DNA of 46,287 nucleotides from Proteromonas lacertae. Lineage: Eukaryota. The notes under the pieces are model-generated. The model was not told the DNA's origin, ran no database searches, and saw only the letters and a program-made list of their open reading frames with translations. A program made the position numbers and the translations under genes. Below, piece by piece: positions 40,301 to 46,287 of the stretch. The first letter of the stretch is position 1. Each line of letters begins with the position of its first letter. The stretch lies in contig NGBS01000044.1 of NCBI GenBank assembly GCA_002245135.1, forward strand, positions 1-46,287. The letters are read 5' to 3'.

Positions 40301-43300
40301 TCATTATCCATTTCAGATGTTTTATAAAGAGATATTCCCCAATCTTCTGGAGTTGCTCCTTCACTACCATTGACATGAACAGTAATTAGTGATTTACATT
40401 GTTTTGAACATATTTCATTTATTGATTCACCATAAAATGTTAAATTCAAAAATGTTGTATTTATGCCATTAAAATTTGTTGCCACTATTTTATATTGTTG
40501 TTTTGGTGATTCTTCTGTTACTACACCAGTTATTTCACAACTCTTTTCATCAAAATATAAAAATGAAGGTAATTCTGGTGATATTTCACAATTTTCAACC
40601 ATTTTCACCTTAGGTCTTATTTCCACTACATCATTCAAATAATATTCTTCTTTTCTATTCTCAGAATAATCTATAGTTGGAGATTTTGGAATTGTGTTTA
40701 CATCAATCACACCTGATCCGTAATATTTTGCCTCAATTACATCTGTCAGTTTTCCATCAGAGTAAAATTCAAATAAAAATGTTCCAGTCCCTCTTTGATT
40801 ATCATTAAAATAAAATTTATAATCTCCAGGAATTAGACACAAAACTGGGAAATATAATGGAGGTGATCCTTTTGGAAAAGCATAAGAAAGAATAACTGTT
40901 GTATTTGGATATTCTATATCAGTTCTAATACTCTCTCTTGGATTTATCTTATCTACTACTTTCACAAAATGAGGTTTATATTTACCAGAACATCCACTTA
41001 TTACATTTGTTATAATTTTTCGACTTACATATTCACTATTTGAATAATAAGCTCGAATTTCTAATTCATAATTATTTAAATATTCGGTTGCTACTACATT
41101 CATACTTCCACTATATTTATCATATGTAAATCCATCAGGAATAACTGGTAATTTATAAAAAATAACAGATCCACTTTCAATACTTATCAATAAATGACTT
41201 TCATTTCCAATAAACAGATTCAATTCTTCTACTATTATTCCTTCATTATCTAAATCTTTTATATGTAATCCTTGAGGTTTTACATCTCCTATCACTTTTA
41301 TAGATATGGTTGTGTTTACTGTTGAACCATCAGATAATTTACCATTTATCATATAAGATTTCACATCTTGAACTGTTGTAGCTGTTCCTCGAATTGTACA
41401 ACCTGATAACTCTAAACCAGGAGGTAAACTTGGTTTTGATTCACACTCACTTATTATTTCATCTCCTTCGATAAATGGAATATTGTCAGATATTCGATTA
41501 TTCACTATATATACTGCATAACTAACTCGATATTCAAAATCTCCTCTTGGAACAAAATATAAAACATCTTTCAATTCTTTAAACTCGGAATCTAACTCAT
41601 TCTTATAAGATAATTTTATTCCACTTCCTCCTACATTCTTCATATAATTCACTCTTATGAAGTGATATCCTTCACTCAAATATTTTGTTCCTGTTTTGCA
41701 ACTCCAATCATGAATTCCATTGTGATTGATTATCTCAATAAAATCAATAAATAACCAAGATCCTTGAACAGATGTTAAATTGAATGTATAATTTCCTGAT
41801 CTTTCTATCTTTATATAACCTTCCCAATTTACTCCAAATTCACTGGCAAAATTGGGAGTTAAACCATCCCAAATTGATTGGAATTGGATTATATTCTTCA
41901 TTTATTTCATCTTCTAATCGAATTATTTCAGTTGTTACACCTTCACTTGAAGGAGTATAAGGATTTAAACAACTTGTGTCAAATTCATCAGATTTTAGAT
42001 AATAAGCAACTATTCCTTTTATATATTTATCAATTATATCAATATGGATTTTCACTTCATTTGTTGTGGATGTTTCTGTTGAACATTCCACTCTTAATTC
42101 TAGATTTATCACTTCATTTATTTGTCCTTTCAATATATGGTTTGTAACATCAGCTATTATTCGATCATCTCCTGTTCTACATTCACTTGCTACTCCTCTT
42201 TCGATCTTAAATGGAATTTCAAAATAAGAATTCATTGGCATTGTAAAATATTCACTATCAAATGATAAATAAGAAACTACATTATATGGAGTTATTGATT
42301 GATAATAATGAATTAACTTTTCTTCTTCTTCATTTGGCAATTTCCATTTCAACATAAACCTATAAGTTGAATTATTATCCATTTCAGTACATTTACTAGT
42401 ATATGTACCTGTTACACATAAATCCTGTTTTAATGAATAATGACCAATTATTCTCACTTTATGATATCCTGATTTTAAGTCAACTGTTATATTTTTATCT
42501 GATTCTTTCCATATACTGCATTCAGTGTAAACATAATTGCCAGAACTATCATAATCACCTTTACCATTTTCATAAATATTACTATATTTTTGTTCATCAA
42601 TATATACTGTGTATTTTGCAAAATCAGAATTTTGACGAAATGTGTATTTACCACTCTTTGGAGTATATAATGCTCCTTCCATTGTATAATTCCAATAGAA
42701 TACATTATGACTTGATAAAAATCCATCTAATTTATTATCCCATACTGAATAAGCATCTTCTCCATCTAATCCATCTAAATTGTCTATTGTTGTTCCTTTA
42801 CTGTTATATATTGTTTTAATCGCTTTTTCAATACCGCATTTAAAATTATTCACATCATCTACTTTTATATTCAATCCAGATCTTATTACTTCATCAGCTT
42901 TGGAGATTATTATTGTGGTTGGAGTTTTACTTTTACCAGCTGGATTTTCACCATTTATTGTTATTCTATTATTATTATTAAATATCATTCATATATACGT
43001 TATTGGATTTTCAGGAGGTGATAATTCATCTATTTTCTAATATTCCATCATCAGAGATTGATATTGGATACGAACCAGATGGATTAAAACTAATTGACCA
43101 ACTTTTCACTCTCTTGTCACTTTTACAAGGAAAGGAATCTATTTGACTTGACCCTATTGTCAATTTAACTATTCCACATGTTAAACTATTGGGTATGTCC
43201 AAACTATACAAGTAATTGGAAATTTATACTTTTCATTTCGATATTAGCTTTCATTACTAAATTATCTGGCGTTGTTAATGTAATTGTATAGTTGTCTAGA

Positions 43301-43561
43301 TATTCTTCAAGTGGAATACCACTAATTTCGCCTGATGTTGGATCTAATCTTAACCCTTTACTCAATAAAGGTGAAATTGAGAAATGTTCCTCCTTCAATA
43401 GTAATATTTGGATGATTTGGAGTGATTTCACTTCCAACTACATAATCTGGTTTAGGATTATCATAACTGAAAGACTGTTGAGCTTCTGTATAAGCTAAGC
43501 AAAAATCTATATTGATATATAACACGAATATACATATTGTGAAAAATGTAATAACTTGCAT
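37324..43561 (-). CDS. Large type I membrane surface protein: signal peptide, two PA14-like domains, many putative Ig (He_PIG) repeats, Cys-rich modules, TM helix; several indels
   Basis: Repeats LPxGLxxDxxxGxISG; PA14-like FGVNWEGYIKIERSGNYTFNLTS...GYHFIRVNY; TM GAIAGIVVGSIAGGLIVIIVIVFCLL; basic cytoplasmic tail. Confidence 0.85.
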
Positions 43562-43702
43562 TTGTGTTTCTTGTTTTTTTAATTTTTCTTGTATTTTTTG
43601 ATATAAAAAACATATAACTAAATTTTATTTGTTATCATTGCTCATTAAGACTATAAATAGGTTATGAAGTATGTTATTGTATAAATCTCAACAAATAAAT
43701 TT

Positions 43703-43839
43703 CACAGATTATTAGATAATGAATAAATATTTATATAACATATGTCTACACACGAATTATTTCATAATCAAAAAAGGTTATATTGATTATATAACACTTC
43801 ATGTTAAAAATTGTCTTATCTATAGCATATAGCATAAAA
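43703..43839. repeat. Left inverted repeat
   Basis: CACAGATTATTAGATAATG...CATATAGCATAAAA. Confidence 0.95.
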
Positions 43840-43863
43840 GCATAAATCAAATACAAAATTAAC

Positions 43864-45563
43864 TTAACTAAATAACAAAACGAATATTGGGATATTTTTG
43901 GCGTTAAATTCATAAAAATGATAATATATTCGACTTGGTTCCAATCCTATTGCCTGTAACCTTGGATGTTGATCAATTATAATCATAATGTAAGGAACTC
44001 GATTTATCTGTAATATTATTACCATTAAATGATATTGTTTTTTAAATGCTTCAATGTACGACTATTTTGACTAAACAATAGAATTGAATCATCGTCTAAA
44101 TTATTGTATCCAAAATCAATATGTCTTATATGTTTTACACTATTTAAATTCTCTACAATATACTTCATACCCAAATTACATATATTCATTTGAAAAGAAA
44201 CATAAACAATTTTCATTTCTTCTTTCTTTCTTTTTTTATCACCAATAATTGTAAATGCCTTACATAAATATCCCATTCCTTCATCTCCTATTGGATTATC
44301 TTCTATTCTTAAACTTATTAAACATTTTAAATGACTAAGATTATCAGTTAATAATTTCATATATCTGGATGTAATATTATTATTGATTAAATTTAGTGAC
44401 TTTAATGATGTACATAAACGAAAATTGAATATTAAATCTTTCAATCCATTGGTCATTTTAATCTTTGACTATATAAATTCCAATTTAAAATCATCACAAC
44501 TACAAATTAACTAGCGTAAAATGGAAAAATAAGTCTATTTTATGATGGATTTTAGATAATTCAGTAAGAATCATATTCCTTAAGAATTCAGTATAATTAT
44601 TCCATATTATATTGATTAAAATAAATATATATCCATTACTGTTGTTGCTATTCTTATCACTTTCATATAAATGTATTATTGATAATATTTCATTCTTATT
44701 ATTGCCTATATTCAAATAGTCTGCATTAGTAAATTTCAAAATGATTTTCTATTGAATATGTTATGGAATTTGACCTTAATAATATTTGTATTGTGGAATT
44801 ACAATTTTGAATTTCATTATTTATTTCATTTTTATATATTTTATGTGTATTTTTCAATAGTATCTCTATTTCAGTCAATCTAATCCTTTCAGTTTGATTG
44901 AATTTGATTGTTTTTTTAATAATATCTTTATATTCTGATGGTATTCTAACATTATTCTCTAATTCTTCGTTCATATATTGGTTTGAAATGGAGAAAGATT
45001 GGTAAATAAATAATATATAATACATCCCAATGAAAATATATCACTTTTAATAGATAATTCTTTGCTTATGACATGTTCTGGACTTAGATAAAACAATGAT
45101 TCAAATGGAATTGAATCTGTACTTCTTATATCATTTATTAAATAATCTGATAGATAAATATTACCATTACTACAACACAGTATATTACTAGGAGTTAAAT
45201 TTAAATGGCTTAAAGACAATCCATTCAACTCTTTTAAACCGTTACAAATTTGAAGCAAGATTCGGTTAATTGAATCACTACTAAAGGTGTATTCTATTTC
45301 ATTTAACGACATTTGAGTTTTTTTCATCTCAAGTTTTATAAACTGTTGTTCTAGATACTTTACATTCATACTTAACACATTGACACAACAAGAATAGGAA
45401 ATTCTCAACAGACTGTCTTTAAATTGTTTAATTTTGTATGTATAACCTTTTTTGAGATTAATGGTTTTGATTATATAAACAGTTTCATTTGTAACATATC
45501 AGAAGGAAAATTTGTATCTAACAATTATATAAACATGATTGATACACTATAACTACAACCCAT
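43864..45563 (-). CDS. N-myristoylation-signal pseudokinase + RNI-like LRR protein (frameshifted as assembled)
   Basis: MGCSYS start; YIIKTINL, HLNLTPSNIL, LSDYL, YLSPE and SDIFSLGCII; then LNLINNNIT, LRIEDNPIGDEG and IDFGYNNLDD. Confidence 0.75.
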
Positions 45564-46153
45564 ATTTATGAAAAATAAAAATGAAGAAAATTAATTTTTA
45601 TTGAAAAATTTCGATAACCAAAATCTTCAAAAAGTTTAAAAGATGTAGATAATAATTGCATTCATACGATCATATGTTTAAAATGAAAAGAATGTTTTTG
45701 TATAAAGCTTATAATGCCAGAATAGAAATGGATAAGGAATATATCAATAACATGAATAATCATCAATTACAGTATTTGGATTATACAGTTTCTTATTATT
45801 ACATTTACACACTCTTATAACAATATTATATGTATAAATGTTGAAAAGAACATCAAAGATAGTATCTCTGGTTTTATCATTTATTCCACATCATATTATA
45901 CTCTAAAAAATAATATTTACTTAAACTATATGCTGTACAGAAACTTTGTTCAAATTTAAGTCTGTGATATATTTCAATGCTGTGTATAGTGTATATAAGT
46001 TGCTTAAAGTATTTAAAAAGAAAGATGCAATTAAACAATATGTTACAGTGAAAAATTAAACTGATTTTGATTGTGACAGTACTGGCTTAGAAAATAGTTG
46101 TGATTATGCAAATTAAGTCAGTGAATTTTACTAATTTTAATAGATTTTACTAT

Positions 46154-46287
46154 TTTTATGCTATATGCTATAGATAAGACAATTTTTAACATGAAGTGTT
46201 ATATAATCAATATAACCTTTTTGATTATGAAATAATTCGTGTAGACATATGTTATATAAATATTTATTCATTATCTAATAATCTGTG
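46154..46287. repeat. Right inverted repeat (reaches the window end)
   Basis: Reverse complement of 43703-43839. Confidence 0.95.

Larger units (their letters stand above)
43703..46287. mobile_element. Inverted-repeat-bounded unit (~2.6 kb) with cargo gene; no transposase seen
   Basis: 43703-43839 is the reverse complement of 46154-46287 apart from two small indels. Confidence 0.6.

Noticed and set aside
37467..43498. Many 60-140 aa antisense or alternative-frame ORFs, here and across the window
   Set aside because: Shadows of real genes with no recognisable motifs

Overview
Very AT-rich, gene-dense eukaryotic DNA with many ~27-35 nt GT-AG introns and tiny intergenic spacers. TGTTTGTT lies just past two 3' ends. 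By inference this is a Blastocystis-like gut stramenopile. It holds about 23 genes. Housekeeping genes: COG5, a dicarboxylate/oxoglutarate carrier, an EF-hand protein, PRMT9, a Treslin-like gene, SAR1, ARF1, a PP2C-cNMP-pseudokinase, CutC, POLA2, PSMB1, RPAC1 and a kinesin. Accessory genes: the 5' end of an intronless type I PKS, a BTB gene family, two kinase-like/LRR genes and a ~2000-aa PA14/Ig-repeat surface protein. Best leads: (1) the PKS starts with a KS(Q) domain followed by a catalytically dead, shortened AT domain; (2) a ~2.6 kb unit bounded by ~135 bp inverted repeats carries a myristoylated pseudokinase-LRR gene; (3) an AT-AC (U12-like) intron; (4) a three-member BTB family with a near-identical duplication, a 40-codon internally deleted copy, an intron present in one copy only, a TATA-flanked insertion and a shared 16-18 bp motif; (5) a metallothionein-like gene whose ATG is split by an intron; (6) an E2F/CHR-type element at POLA2. 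Many single-base indels, even in essential RPAC1, point to assembly errors, so frameshifts here are not proof of pseudogenes. All calls come from reading the sequence by eye; no searches were run.
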